A stretch of 64,000 bases of DNA from the human T2T-CHM13v2.0 reference genome, Homo sapiens, in the NCBI RefSeq assembly GCF_009914755.1, contig NC_060948.1; one strand, given 5' to 3'. The notes under the pieces were generated by a model that saw only the letters and a list, made by a program, of their open reading frames with translations, was not told the DNA's origin and did no database searches. The position numbers and the translations under genes were made by a program. The number at the start of each line of letters is the position of its first letter. Positions within the stretch are counted from its first letter, which is position 1. Of the stretch, positions 18,292-35,804 are shown piece by piece.

Positions 18292-18863
18292 AGATCCATA
18301 TTTTTTAAATGAAAAAAAATTTCAAAGGTACTCTGCTTGGTACAATAATCAAATGTATAAACTGAGGAATAAAACATAACCATGAAACCTACTTATAACA
18401 GCATATGGAAAATACAGAGGATAATTTTTTAAATAACATATTTTGAAAGCCTTAACTAGTAATTTGAAGAGTTGGCATTTGAAAGGCCAGTATGAATATA
18501 CCTTCAAAGCAGCAACACAGGTTCCCCATGAGAAAAAGCAAACACAGGGAAAATAAAAACACAAAGGTTCAATCTCTTCTGACCTTTGAAAGACACAGCA
18601 CAGACAGTGGTCCTTAGGACGAAGAGCAGGAGACCCCTAATTCCGTCACCATGGCGATAGGGCATAAACATTGCTGGGTGAGGGCACAATCCACATTGTG
18701 AGGTCCAACTGCTGCCAGGAAGACAGGAGTGCTTTTACATAGACCGAAAGGTCATTGAAGGCTCAGAGTTTTGTTTCAAGAACTGAATCTCAAGCCCACA
18801 CGTTATTAGGCTGCGCTTCTTAAAACAAGTTATGAGATGGGAAAAAGGGCACCCACAAACATA
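18292..18863. repeat. HSATI-type block copy 8
   Basis: Same as copy 1. Confidence 0.8.
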
Positions 18864-20419
18864 CGTATACATTATGTATATAATAATATACAGTGTCATA
18901 TATATAATATATATAACCTATGTATAATATTGTTTTACATCCTGCATCTTATGTTATATATAATGTATAAAATATAATAATTGATAATATATAAGTTTTA
19001 TAATTATACAATATGACATATAGTATATATTATAATTTATGACATATATAATATATGTTATATGTCATATATAGAATATATTATACGGTTAATATACGTA
19101 TTAAATATAAATTATACATTATATATATTATATATAATATATCTGTTATATAAAATACCCATTATGCATAATATATATATTATGTCTATGTTATATATAG
19201 TATAAAACAACATATAATAATATATAATTGTATATATAAAATGCGACATATAATATATATTATATTTTATAACATATGTAATATATATTATATATTATAT
19301 ATAATACGTTGTATGTATAATACCTATATTAAATATATATTATATGACTATGTTATTAATTACATGTCACATGTGTTATATATTATATATTTTACATAGA
19401 ATATACCGGTTACATACAATATATACTATGTTACCTATAATGTATAATTTATTACATGTAAAATAAAGAATGCAATATATTATGTAAAATTTATAATATA
19501 CCATATGTGGAATGTGATATATATAACATATAATATATGATATATGATATACAGTGTATGATATATAACATACAATATATGATTCATAATATATATGGTA
19601 TACAATATATATTTTATGATATGTATTCTATATGTTTTATATTCTGTTATATATAACTATTTGAAATTATATATAACTGTATAATATTTTATGTAAATAT
19701 GTAATATAATATATATAACTATATAATATATTTTATATAACTATATATTATGTTATATATACTTTTATAACATAATTTACATAAAATATCATAATATAAT
19801 ATATAGTATATTTTTTCATATTACATAATATATATTACATATCACCCAATATAACTAACATACATAATATTATAATATAGATTATATTGTGTTATATTAA
19901 ATATCATATATATCATGTATCATATATTCTATAATATATATTACACATTATATAATATGTATGTTGTCTATTATGTGATATATATAACTATATATATAAT
20001 TATATTTTTATACATATAACTAGATAAACATGTAATTCTACATATTTTCATTTATAATATGTAGAATTATATAATCATATATAATTATTTATATTCTATA
20101 AAAAATTTTATCATTATATAAATTATAATATATAAAAATTATAATATGTACTACAAATATATATATTATATATCATATATGATATAGTACCTTTGTTATA
20201 TATCATAATACATATAAATGTGTATTATGTTATCTATAATTATATAATTTCATATATAAGATGTATAATATGTATCATATATTATATATGTTATGTAATA
20301 TATATAGTATATATAAGATGACACAGGATAAATATTATATACTATGACATATAAAATATATGAGGTTATATGTTACATATAACGCATAGCACATAACATG
20401 TAATATATATCATATATAA

Positions 20420-20711
20420 TTTTTTTTTAGACAGAATCTTGTCCTGTTGCACAGGGTGGGGTACAATGGCGCCATCTTTGCTCACTGCAACTTCTCCCTC
20501 ACGGGTCCAAGCGATTGTCCTCCCTCAGCCTCCCAGGTAGCTGGGACTACACCACACTGGGACTACACCAGCTGCCACCATGCCTAGCTAATTTTTTGGA
20601 TTTTTAGTAGTGACAGCGTTTCACTGTATTGGCCAGGATGGTCTTGATCTCTTCACCTTGTGATCCCCTTGCCTTGGCCTCCAAATTTGCTGGGATTACA
20701 GGCCTGAGCCA
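20420..20711 (-). mobile_element. Alu copy 9
   Basis: Same as copy 1. Confidence 0.95.
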
Positions 20712-21283
20712 AGATCCATATTTTTTAAATGAAAAAAAATTTCAAAGGTACTCTGCTTGGTACAACAATCAAATGTATAAACTGAGGAATAAAACATAAC
20801 CGTGAAACCTACTTATAACTGCATATGGAAAATACAGAGGATAATTTTTTAAATAACATATTTTGAAAGCCTTAACTAGTAATTTGAAGAGTTGGCATTT
20901 GAAAGGCCAGTATGAATATACCTTCAAAGCAGCAACACAGGTTCCCCATGAGAAAAAGCAAACACAGGGAAAATAAAAACACAAAGGTTCAATCTCTTCT
21001 GACCTTTGAAAGACACAGCACAGACAGTGGTCCTTAGGACGAAGAGCAGGAGACCCCTAATTCCGTCACCATGGCGATAGGGCATAAACATTGCTGGGTG
21101 AGGGCACAATCCACATTGTGAGGTCCAACTGCTGCCAGGAAGACAGGAGTGCTTTTACATAGACCGAAAGGTCATTGAAGGCTCAGAGTTTTGTTTCAAG
21201 AACTGAATCTCAAGCCCACACGTTATTAGGCTGCGCTTCTTAAAACAAGTTATGAGATGGGAAAAAGGGCACCCACAAACATA
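20712..21283. repeat. HSATI-type block copy 9
   Basis: Same as copy 1. Confidence 0.8.
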
Positions 21284-22816
21284 CGTATACATTATGTATA
21301 TAATAATATACAGTGTCATATATATAATATATATAACCTATGTATAATATTGTTTTACATCCTGCATCTTATGTTATATATATTGTATAAAATATAATAA
21401 TTGATAATATATAAGTTTTATAATTATACAATATGACATATAGTATATATTATAATTTATGACATATATAATATATGTTATATGTCATATATAGAATATA
21501 TTATACGGTTAATATACGTATTAAATATAAATTATACATTATATATATTATATATAATATATCTGTTATATAAAATACCCATTATGCATAATATATATAT
21601 TATGTCTATGTTATATATAGTATAAAACAACATATAATAATATATAATTGTATATATAAAATGCGACATATAATATATATAATATTTTATAATATATGTA
21701 ATATATATTATATATTATATATAATACGTTGTATGTATAATACCTATATTAAATATATATTATATGACTATGTTATTAATTACATGTCACATGTGTTATA
21801 TATTATATATTTTACATAGAATATACCGGTTACATACAATATATACTATGTTACCTATAATGTATAATTTATTACATGTAAAATAAAGAATGCAATATAT
21901 TATGTAAAATTTATAATATACCATATGTGGAATGTGATATATATAACATATAATATATGATATATGATATACAGTGTATGATATATAACATACAATATAT
22001 GATTCCTAATATATATGGTATACAATATATATTTTATGATATGTATTCTATATGTTTTATATTCTGTTATATATAACTATTTGAAATTATATATAACTGT
22101 ATAATATTTTATGTAAATATGTAATATAATATATATAACTATATAATATATTTTATATAACTATATATTATGTTATATATACTTTTATAACATAATTTAC
22201 ATAAAATATCATAATATAATATATAGTATATTATTTCATATTACATAATATATATTACATATCACCCAATATAACTAACATACATAATATTATAATATAG
22301 ATTATATTGTGTTATATTAAATATCATATATATCATGTATCATATATTCTATAATATATATTACACATTATATAATATGTATGTTGTCTATTATGTGATA
22401 TATATAACTATATATATAATTATATTTTTATACATATAACTAGATAAACATGTAATTCTACATATTTTCATTTATAATATGTAGAATTATATAATCATAT
22501 ATAATTATTTATATTCTATAAAAAATTTTATCATTATATAAATTATAATATATAAAAATTATAATATGTACTACAAATATATATATTATATATCATATAT
22601 GATATAGTACCTTTGTTATATATCATAATACATATAAATGTGTATTATGTTATCTATAATTATATAATTTCATATATAAGATGTATAATATGTATCATAT
22701 ATTATATATGTTATGTAATATATATAGTATATATAAGATGACACAGGATAAATATTATATACTATGACATATAAAATATATGAGGTTATATGTTACATAT
22801 AAGGCATAGCACATAA

Positions 22817-23131
<315 letters not shown>

Positions 23132-23704
23132 AGATCCATATTTTTTAAATGAAAAAAAATTTCAAAGGTACTCTGCTTGGTACAATAATCAAATGTATAA
23201 ACTGAGGAATAAAACATAACCATGAAACCTACTTATAACTGCATATGGAAAATACAGAGGATAATTTTTTAAATAACATATTTTGAAAGCCTTAACTAGT
23301 AATTTGAAGAGTTGGCATTTGAAAGGCCAGTATGAATATACCTTCAAAGCAGCAACACAGGTTCCCCATGAGAAAAAGCAAAACACAGGGAAAATAAAAA
23401 CACAAAGGTTCAATCTCTTCTGACCTTTGAAAGACACAGCACAGACAGTGGTCCTTAGGACGAAGAGCAGGAGACCCCTAATTCCGTCACCATGGCGATA
23501 GGGCATAAACATTGCTGGGTGAGGGCACAATCCACATTGTGAGGTCCAACTGCTGCCAGGAAGACAGGAGTGCTTTTACATAGACCGAAAGGTCATTGAA
23601 GGCTCAGAGTTTTGTTTCAAGAACTGAATCCCAAGCCCACACGTTATTAGGCTGCGCTTCTTAAAACAAGTTATGAGATGGGAAAAAGGGCACCCACAAA
23701 CATA
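23132..23704. repeat. HSATI-type block copy 10 (+1 A)
   Basis: Same as copy 1, with an extra A at ~23381. Confidence 0.8.
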
Positions 23705-25237
23705 CGTATACATTATGTATATAATAATATACAGTGTCATATATATAATATATATAACCTATGTATAATATTGTTTTACATCCTGCATCTTATGTTATAT
23801 ATATTGTATAAAATATAATAATTGATAATATATAAGTTTTATAATTATACAATATGACATATAGTATATATTATAATTTATGACATATATAATATATGTT
23901 ATATGTCATATATAGAATATATTATACGGTTAATATACGTATTAAATATAAATTATACATTATATATATTATATATAATATATCTGTTATATATAATAAC
24001 CATTATGCATAATATATATATTATGTCTATGTTATATATAGTATAAAACAACATATAATAATATATAATTGTATATATAAAATGCGACATATAATATATA
24101 TTATATTTTATAACATATGTAATATATATTTTATATTATATATAATACGTTGTATGTATAATACCTATATTAAATATATATTATATGACTATGTTATTAA
24201 TTACATGTCACATGTGTTATATATTATATATTTTACATAGAATATACCGGTTGCATACAATATATACTATGTTACCTATAATGTATAATTTATTACATGT
24301 AAAATAAAGAATGCAATATATTATGTATAATTTATAATATACCATATGTGGAATGTGATATATATAACATATAATATATGATATATGATATACAGTATAT
24401 GATATATAACATACGATATATGATTCCTAATATATATGGTATACAATACATATTTTATGATATGTATTCTATGTGTTTTATATTCTGTTATATATAACTA
24501 TTTGAAAGTATATATAACTGTATAATATTTTATGTAAATATGTAATATAATATATATAACTATATAATATATTATATATAACTATATATTATGTTATATA
24601 TACTTTTATAACATAATTTACATAAAATATCATAATATAATATATATTATATTATTTCATATTACATAATATATATTACATATCACCCAATATAACTAAC
24701 ATACATAATATTATAATATAGATTATATTGTGTTATATTAAATATCATATACATCATGTATCATATATTCTATAATATATATTACACATTATATAATATG
24801 TATGTTGTCTATTATGTGATATATATAACTATATATATAATTATATTTTTATACATATAACTAGATAAACATGTAATTCTACATATTTTCATTTATAATA
24901 TGTAGAATTATATAATCATTTATAATTATTTATATTCTATAAAAAATTTTATCATTATATAAATTATAATATATAAAAATTATAATATGTACTACAAATA
25001 TATATATTATATATCATATATGATATAGTACCTTTGTTATATATCATAATACATATAAATGTGTATTATGTTATCTATAATTATATACTTTCATATATAA
25101 GATGTATAATATGTATCATATATTATATATGTTATGTACTATATATAGTATATATAAGATGACACAGGATAAATATTATATACTATGACATATAAAATAT
25201 ATGAGGTTATATGTTACATAGAAGGCATAGCACATAA

Positions 25238-25552
<315 letters not shown>

Positions 25553-26124
25553 AGATCCATATTTTTTAAATGAAAAAAAATTTCAAAGGTACTCTGCTTG
25601 GTACAATAATCAAATGTATAAACTGAGGAATAAAACATAACCATGAAACCTACTTATAACTGCATATGGAAAATACAGAGGATAATTTTTTAAATAACAT
25701 ATTTTGAAAGCCTTAACTAGTAATTTGAAGAGTTGGCATTTGAAAGGCCAGTATGAATATACCTTCAAAGCAGCAACACAGGTTCCCCATGAGAAAAAGC
25801 AAACACAGGGAAAATAAAACCACAAAGGTTCAATCTCTTCTGACCTTTGAAAGACACAGCACAGACAGTGGTCCTTAGGACGAAGAGCAGGAGACCCCTA
25901 ATTCCGTCACCATGGCGATAGGGCATAAACATTGCTGGGTGAGGGCACAATCCACATTGTGAGGTCCAACTGCTGCCAGGAAGACAGGAGTGCTTTTACA
26001 TAGACCGAAAGGTCATTGAAGGCTCAGAGTTTTCTTTCAAGAACTGAATCCCAAGCCCACACGTTATTAGGCTGCGCTTCTTAAAACAAGTTATGAGATG
26101 GGAAAAAGGGCACCCACAAACATA
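25553..26124. repeat. HSATI-type block copy 11
   Basis: Same as copy 1. Confidence 0.8.
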
Positions 26125-27657
26125 CGTATACATTATGTATATAATAATATACAGTGTCATATATATAATATATATAACCTATGTATAATATTGTTTTACA
26201 TCCTGCATCTTATGTTATATATATTGTATAAAATATAATAATTGATAATATATAAGTTTTATAATTATACAATATGACATATAGTATATATTATAATTTA
26301 TGACATATATAATATATGTTATATGTCATATATAGAATATATTATACGGTTAATATACATATTAAATATAAATTATACATTATATATATTATATATAATA
26401 TATCTGTTATATATATTAACCATTATGCATAATATATATATTATGTCTATGTTATATATAGTATAAAACAACATATAATAATATATAATTGTATATATAA
26501 AATGCGACATATAATATATATTATATTTTATAACATATGTAATATATATTTTATATTATATATAATACGTTGTATGTATAATACCTATATTAAATATATA
26601 TTATATGACTATGTTATTAATTACATGTCACATGTGTTATATATTATATATTTTACATAGAATATACCGGTTGCATACAATATATACTATGTTACCTATA
26701 ATGTATAATTTATTACATGTAAAATAAAGAATGCAATATATTATGTATAATTTATAATATACCATATGTGGAATGTGATATATATAACATATAATATATG
26801 ATATATGATATACAGTATATGATATATAACATACGATATATGATTCCTAATATATATGGTATACAATACATATTTTATGATATGTATTCTATGTGTTTTA
26901 TATTCTGTTATATATAACTATTTGAAAGTATATATAACTGTATAATATTTTATGTAAATATGTAATATAATATATATAACTATATAATATATTATATATA
27001 ACTATATATTATGTTATATATACTTTTATAACATAATTTACATAAAATATCATAATATAATATATATTATATTATTTCATATTACATAATATATATTACA
27101 TATCACCCAATATAACTAACATACATAATATTATAATATAGATTATATTGTGTTATATTAAATATCATATACATCATGTATCATATATTCTATAATATAT
27201 ATTACACATTATATAATATGTATGTTGTCTATTATGTGATATATATAACTATATATATAATTATATTTTTATACATATAACTAGATAAACATGTAATTCT
27301 ACATATTTTCATTTATAATATGTAGAATTATATAATCATATATAATTATTTATATTCTATAAAAAATTTTATCATTATATAAATTATAATATATAAAAAT
27401 TATAATATGTACTACAAATATATATATTATATATCATATATGATATAGTACCTTTGTTATATATCATAATACATATAAATGTGTATTATGTTATCTATAA
27501 TTATATAATTTCATATATAAGATGTATAATATGTATCATATATTATATATGTTATGTACTATATATAGTATATATAAGATGACACAGGATAAATATTATA
27601 TACTATGACATATAAAATATATGAGGTTATATGTTACATAGAAGGCATAGCACATAA

Positions 27658-27972
<315 letters not shown>

Positions 27973-28544
27973 AGATCCATATTTTTTAAATGAAAAAAAA
28001 TTTCAAAGGTACTCTGCTTGGTACAATAATCAAATGTATAAACTGAGGAATAAAACATAACCATGAAACCTACTTATAACTGCATATGGAAAATACAGAG
28101 GATAATTTTTTAAATAACATATTTTGAAAGCCTTAACTAGTAATTTGAAGAGTTGGCATTTGAAAGGCCAGTATGAATATACCTTCAAAGCAGCAACACA
28201 GGTTCCCCATGAGAAAAAGCAAACACAGGGAAAATAAAACCACAAAGGTTCAATCTCTTCTGACCTTTGAAAGACACAGCACAGACAGTGGTCCTTAGGA
28301 CGAAGAGCAGGAGACCCCTAATTCCGTCACCATGGCGATGGGGCATAAACATTGCTGGGTGAGGGCACAATCCACATTGTGAGGTCCAACTGCTGCCAGC
28401 AAGACAGGAGTGCTTTTACATAGACCGAAAGGTCATTGAAGGCTCAGAGTTTTCTTTCAAGAACTGAATCCCAAGCCCACACGTTATTAGGCTGCGCTTC
28501 TTAAAACAAGTTATGAGATGGGAAAAAGGGCACCCACAAACATA
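27973..28544. repeat. HSATI-type block copy 12
   Basis: Same as copy 1. Confidence 0.8.
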
Positions 28545-30100
28545 CGTATACATTATGTATATAATAATATACAGTGTCATATATATAATATATATAACCT
28601 ATGTATAATATTGTTTTACACCCTGCATCTTATGTTATATATATTGTATAAAATATAATAATTGATAATATATAAGTTTTATAATTATACAATATGACAT
28701 ATAGTATATATTATAATTTATGACATATATAATATATGTTATATGTCATATATAGAATATATTATACGGTTAATATACATATTAAATATAAATTATACAT
28801 TATATATATTATATATAATATATCTGTTATATATAATAACCATTATGCATAATATATATATTATGTCTATGTTATATATAGTATAAAACAACATATAATA
28901 ATATATAATTGTATATATAAAATGCGACATATAATATATATTATATTTTATAACATATGTAATATATATTTTATATTATATATAATACGTTGTATGTATA
29001 ATACCTATATTAAATATATATTATATGACTATGTTATTAATTACATGTCACATGTGTTATATATTATATATTTTACATAGAATATACCGGTTGCATACAA
29101 TATATACTATGTTACCTATAATGTATAATTTATTACATGTAAAATAAAGAATGCAATATATTATGTATAATTTATAATATACCATATGTGGAATGTGATA
29201 TATATAACATATAATATATGATATATGATATACAGTATATGATATATAACATACGATATATGATTCCTAATATATATGGTATACAATATATATTTTATGA
29301 TATGTATTCTATGTGTTTTATATTCTGTTATATATAACTATTTGAAATTATATATAACTGTATAATATTTTATGTAAATATGTAATATAATATATATAAC
29401 TATATAATATATTATATATAACTATATATTATGTTATATATACTTTTATAACATAATTTACATAAAATATCATAATATAATATATATTATATTATTTCAT
29501 ATTACATAATATATATTACATATCACCCAATATAACTAACATACATAATATTATAATATAGATTATATTGTGTTATATTAAATATCATATATATCATGTA
29601 TCATATATTCTATAATATATATTACACATTATATAATATGTATGTTGTCTATTATGTGATATATATAACTATATATATAATTATATTTTTATACATATAA
29701 CTAGATAAACATGTAATTCTACATATTTTCATTTATAATATGTAGAATTATATAATCATATATAATTATTTATATTCTATAAAAAATTTTATCATTATAT
29801 AAATTATAATATATAAAAATTATAATATGTACTACAAATATATATATTATATATCATATATGATATAGTACCTTTGTTATATATCATAATACATATAAAT
29901 GTGTATTATGTTATCTATAATTATATAATTTCATATATAAGATGTATAATATGTATCATATATTATATAAGTTATGTAATATATATAGTATATATAAGAT
30001 GACACAGGATAAATATTATATACTATGACATATAAAATATATCAGGTTATATGTTACATATAAGGCATAACACATAAAATGTAATATATATCATATATAA

Positions 30101-30392
30101 TTTTTTTTTAGACAGAATCTTGTCCTGTTGCACAGTGTGGGGTACAATGGCGCCATCTTTGCTCACTGCAACTTCTGCCTCACGGGTCCAAGCGATTGTC
30201 CTCCCTCAGCCTCCCAGGTAGCTGGGACTACACCACACTGGGACTACACCAGCTGCCACCATGCCTAGCTAATTTTTTGGATTTTTAGTAGTGACAGCGT
30301 TTCACTGTATTGGCCAGGATGGTCTTGATCTCTTCACCTTGTGATCCCCTTGCCTTGGCCTCCAAATTTGCTGGGATTACAGGCCTGAGCCA
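30101..30392 (-). mobile_element. Alu copy 13
   Basis: Same as copy 1. Confidence 0.95.
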
Positions 30393-30964
30393 AGATCCAT
30401 ATTTTTTAAATGAAAAAAAATTTCAAAGGTACTCTGCTTGGTACAATAATCAAATGTATAAACTGAGGAATAAAACATAACCATGAAACCTACTTATAAC
30501 TGCATATGGAAAATACAGAGGATAATTTTTTAAATAACATATTTTGAAAGCCTTAACTAGTAATTTGAAGAGTTGGCATTTGAAAGGCCAGTATGAATAT
30601 ACCTTCAAAGCAGCAACACAGGTTCCCCATGAGAAAAAGCAAACACAGGGAAAATAAAACCACAAAGGTTCAATCTCTTCTGACCTTTGAAAGACACAGC
30701 ACAGACAGTGGTCCTTAGGACGAAGAGCAGGAGACCCCTAATTCCGTCACCATGGCGATAGGGCATAAACATTGCTGGGTGAGGGCACAATCCACATTGT
30801 GAGGTCCAACTGCTGCCAGGAAGACAGGAGTGCTTTTACATAGACCGAAAGGTCATTGAAGGCTCAGAGTTTTGTTTCAAGAACTGAATCCCAAGCCCAC
30901 ACGTTATTAGGCTGCGCTTCTTAAAACAAGTTATGAGATGGGAAAAAGGGCACCCACAAACATA
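30393..30964. repeat. HSATI-type block copy 13
   Basis: Same as copy 1. Confidence 0.8.
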
Positions 30965-32497
30965 CGTATACATTATGTATATAATAATATACAGTATCAT
31001 ATATATAATATATATAACCTATGTATAATATTGTTTTACATCCTGCATCTTATGTTATATATATTGTATAAAATATAATAATTGATAATATATAAGTTTT
31101 ATAATTATACAATATGACATATAGTATATATTATAATTTATGACATATATAATATATGTTATATATCATATATAGAATATATTATACGGTTAATATACGT
31201 ATTAAATATAAATTATACATTATATATATTATATATAATATATCTGTTATATATAATACCCATTATGCCTAATATATATATTATGTCTATGTTATATATA
31301 GTATAAAACAACATATAATAATATATAATTGTATATATAAAATGCGACATATAATATATATTATATTTTATAACATATGTAATATATATTATATATTATA
31401 TATAATACGTTGTATGTATAATACCTATATTAAATATATATTATATGACTATGTTATTAATTACATGTCACATGTGTTATATATTATATATTTTACATAG
31501 AATATACCGGTTACATACAATATATACTATGTTACCTATAATGTATAATTTATTACATGTAAAATAAAGAATGCAATATATTATGTATAATTTATAATAT
31601 ACCATATGTGGAATGTGATATATATAACATATAATATATGATATATGATGTACAGTATATGATATATAACATACAATATATGATTCCTAATATATATGGT
31701 ATACAATATATATTTTATGATATGTATTCTATATGTTTTATATTCTGTTATATATAACTATTTGAAATTATATATAACTGTATAATATTTTATGTAAATA
31801 TGTAATATAATATATATAACTATATAATATATTATATATGACTATATATTATGTTATATATACTTTTATAACATAATTTACATAAAATATCATAATATAA
31901 TATATATTATATTATTTCATATTACATAATATATATTACATATCACCCAATATAACTAACATACATAATATTATAATATAGATTATATTATGTTATATTA
32001 AATATCATATATATCATGTATCATATATTCTATAATATATATTACACATTATATAATATGTATGTTGTCTATTATGTGATATATATAACTATATATATAA
32101 TTATATTTTTATACATATAACTAGATAAACATGTAATTCTACATATTTTCATTTATAATATGTAGAATTATATAATCATATATAATTATTTATATTCTAT
32201 AAAAAATTTTATCATTATATAAATTATAATATATAAAAATTATAATATGTACTACAAATATATATATTATATATCATATATGATATAGTACCTTTGTTAT
32301 ATATCATAATACATATAAATGTGTATTATGTTATCTATAATTATATAATTTCATATATAAGTTGTATAATATGTATCATATATTATATATGTTATTTAAT
32401 ATATATAGTATATATAAGATGACACAGGATAAATATTATATACTATGACATATAAAATATATGAGGTTATATGTTACATATAAGGCATAGCACATAA

Positions 32498-32812
<315 letters not shown>

Positions 32813-33384
32813 AGATCCATATTTTTTAAATGAAAAAAAATTTCAAAGGTACTCTGCTTGGTACAATAATCAAATGTATAAACTGAGGAATAAAACATAA
32901 CCATGAAACCTACTTATAACTGCATATGGAAAATACAGAGGATAATTTTTTAAATAACATATTTTGAAAGCGTTAACTAGTAATTTGAAGAGTTGGCATT
33001 TGAAAGGCCAGTATGAATATACCTTCAAAGCAGCAACACAGGTTCCCCATGAGAAAAAGCAAACACAGGGAAAATAAAAACACAAAGGTTCAATCTCTTC
33101 TGACCTTTGAAAGACACAGCACAGACAGTGGTCCTTAGGACGAAGAGCAGGAGACCCCTAATTCCGTCACCATGGCGATAGGGCATAAACATTGCTGGGT
33201 GAGGGCACAATCCACATTGTGAGGTCCAACTGCTGCCAGGAAGACAGGAGTGCTTTTACATAGACCGAAAGGTCATTGAAGGCTCAGAGTTTTGTTTCAA
33301 GAACTGAATCCCAAGCCCACACGTTATTAGGCTGCGCTTCTTAAAACAAGTTATGAGATGGGAAAAAGGGCACCCACAAACATA
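32813..33384. repeat. HSATI-type block copy 14
   Basis: Same as copy 1. Confidence 0.8.
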
Positions 33385-34940
33385 CGTATACATTATGTAT
33401 ATAATAATATACAGTATCATATATATAATATATATAACCTATGTATAATATTGTTTTACATCCTGCATCTTATGTTATATATATTGTATAAAATATAATA
33501 ATTGATAATATATAAGTTTTATATTTATACAATATGACAAATAGTATATATTATAATTTATGACATATATAATATATGTTATATATCATATATAGAATAT
33601 ATTATACGGTTAATATACGTATTAAATATAAATTATACATTATATATAGTATATATAATATATCTGTTATATATAATACCCATTATGCCTAATATATATA
33701 TTATGTCTATGTTATATATAGTATAAAACAACATATAATAATATATAATTGTATATATAAAATGCGACATATAATATATATTATATTTTATAACATATGT
33801 AATATATATTATATATTATATATAATACATTGTATGTATAATACCTATATTAAATATATATTATATGACTATGTTATTAATTACATGTCACATGAGTTAT
33901 ATATTACATATTTTACATAGAATATACCGGTTACATACAATATATACTATGTTACCTATAATGTATAATTTATTACATGTAAAATAAAGAATGCAATATA
34001 TTATGCATAATTTATAATATACAATATGTGGAATGTGATATATATAACATATAATATATGATATATGATATACAGTATATGATATATAACATAAAATATA
34101 TGTTTCCTAATATATATGGTATACAATATATATTTTATGATATGTATTCTATATGTTTTATATTCTGTTATATATAACTATTTGAAATTATATATAACTG
34201 TATAATATTTTATGTAAATATGTAATATAATATATATAACTATATAATATAATATAGATAACTATATATTATGTTATATATACTTTTATAACATAATTTA
34301 CATAAAATATCATAATATAATATATATTATATTATTTCATATTACATAATATATATTACATATCACCCAATGTAACTAACATACATGATATTATAATATA
34401 GATTATATTATGTTATATTAAATATCATATATATCATGTATCATATATTCTATAATATATATTACACTTTATATAATATGTATGTTGTCTATTATGTGAT
34501 ATATATAACTATATATATAATTATATTTTTATACATATAACTAGATAACCATGTAATTCTACATATTTTCATTTATAATATGTAGAATTATATAATCATA
34601 TATAATTATTTATATTCTATAAAAAATTTTATCATTATATAAATTATAATATATAAAAATTATAATATGTACTACAAATATATATATTATATATCATATA
34701 TGATATAGTACCTTTGTTATATATCATAATACATATAAATGTGTATTATGTTATCTATAATTATATAATTTCATATATAAGATATATAATATGTATCATA
34801 TATTATATATGTTATGTAATATATATAGTATATATAAGATGACACAGGATAAATATTATATACTATGACATATAAAATATATGAGGTTATATGTTACTTA
34901 TAAGGCATAGCACATAACATGTAATATATATCATATATAA

Positions 34941-35232
34941 TTTTTTTTTAGACAGAATCTTGTCCTGTTGCACAGGGTGGGGTTCAATGGCGCCATCTTT
35001 GCTCACTGCAACTTCTGCCTCACGGGTCCAAGCGATTGTCCTCCCTCAGCCTCCCAGGTAGCTGGGACTACACCACACTGGGACTACACCAGCTGCCACC
35101 ATGCCTAGCTAATTTTTTGGATTTTAAGTAGTGACAGCCTTTCACTGTATTGGCCAGGATGGTCTTGATCTCTTCACCTTGTGATCCCCTTGCCTTGGCC
35201 TCCAAATTTGCTGGGATTACAGGCCTGAGCCA
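34941..35232 (-). mobile_element. Alu copy 15
   Basis: Same as copy 1. Confidence 0.95.
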
Positions 35233-35804
35233 AGATCCATATTTTTTAAATGAAAAAAAATTTCAAAGGTACTCTGCTTGGTACAATAATCAAATGTATA
35301 AACTGAGGAATAAAACATAACCATGAAACCTACTTATAACTGCATATGGAAAATACAGAGGATAATTTTTTAAATAACATATTTTGAAAGCCTTAACTAG
35401 TAATTTGAAGAGTTGGCATTTGAAAGGCCAGTATGAATATACCTTCAAAGCAGCAACACAGGTTCCCCATGAGAAAAAGCAAACACAGGGAAAATAAAAA
35501 CACAAAGGTTCAATCTCTTCTGACCTTTGAAAGACACAGCACAGACAGTGGTCCTTAGGACGAAGAGCAGGAGACCCCTAATTCCGTCACCATGGCGATA
35601 GGGCATAAACATTGCTGGGTGAGGGCACAATCCACATTGTGAGGTCCAACTGCTGCCAGGAAGACAGGAGTGCTTTTACATAGACCGAAAGGTCATTGAA
35701 GGCTCAGAGTTTTGTTTCAAGAACTGAATCCCAAGCCCACACGTTATTAGGCTGCGCTTCTTAAAACAAGTTATGAGATGGGAAAAAGGGCACCCACAAA
35801 CATA
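35233..35804. repeat. HSATI-type block copy 15
   Basis: Same as copy 1. Confidence 0.8.
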
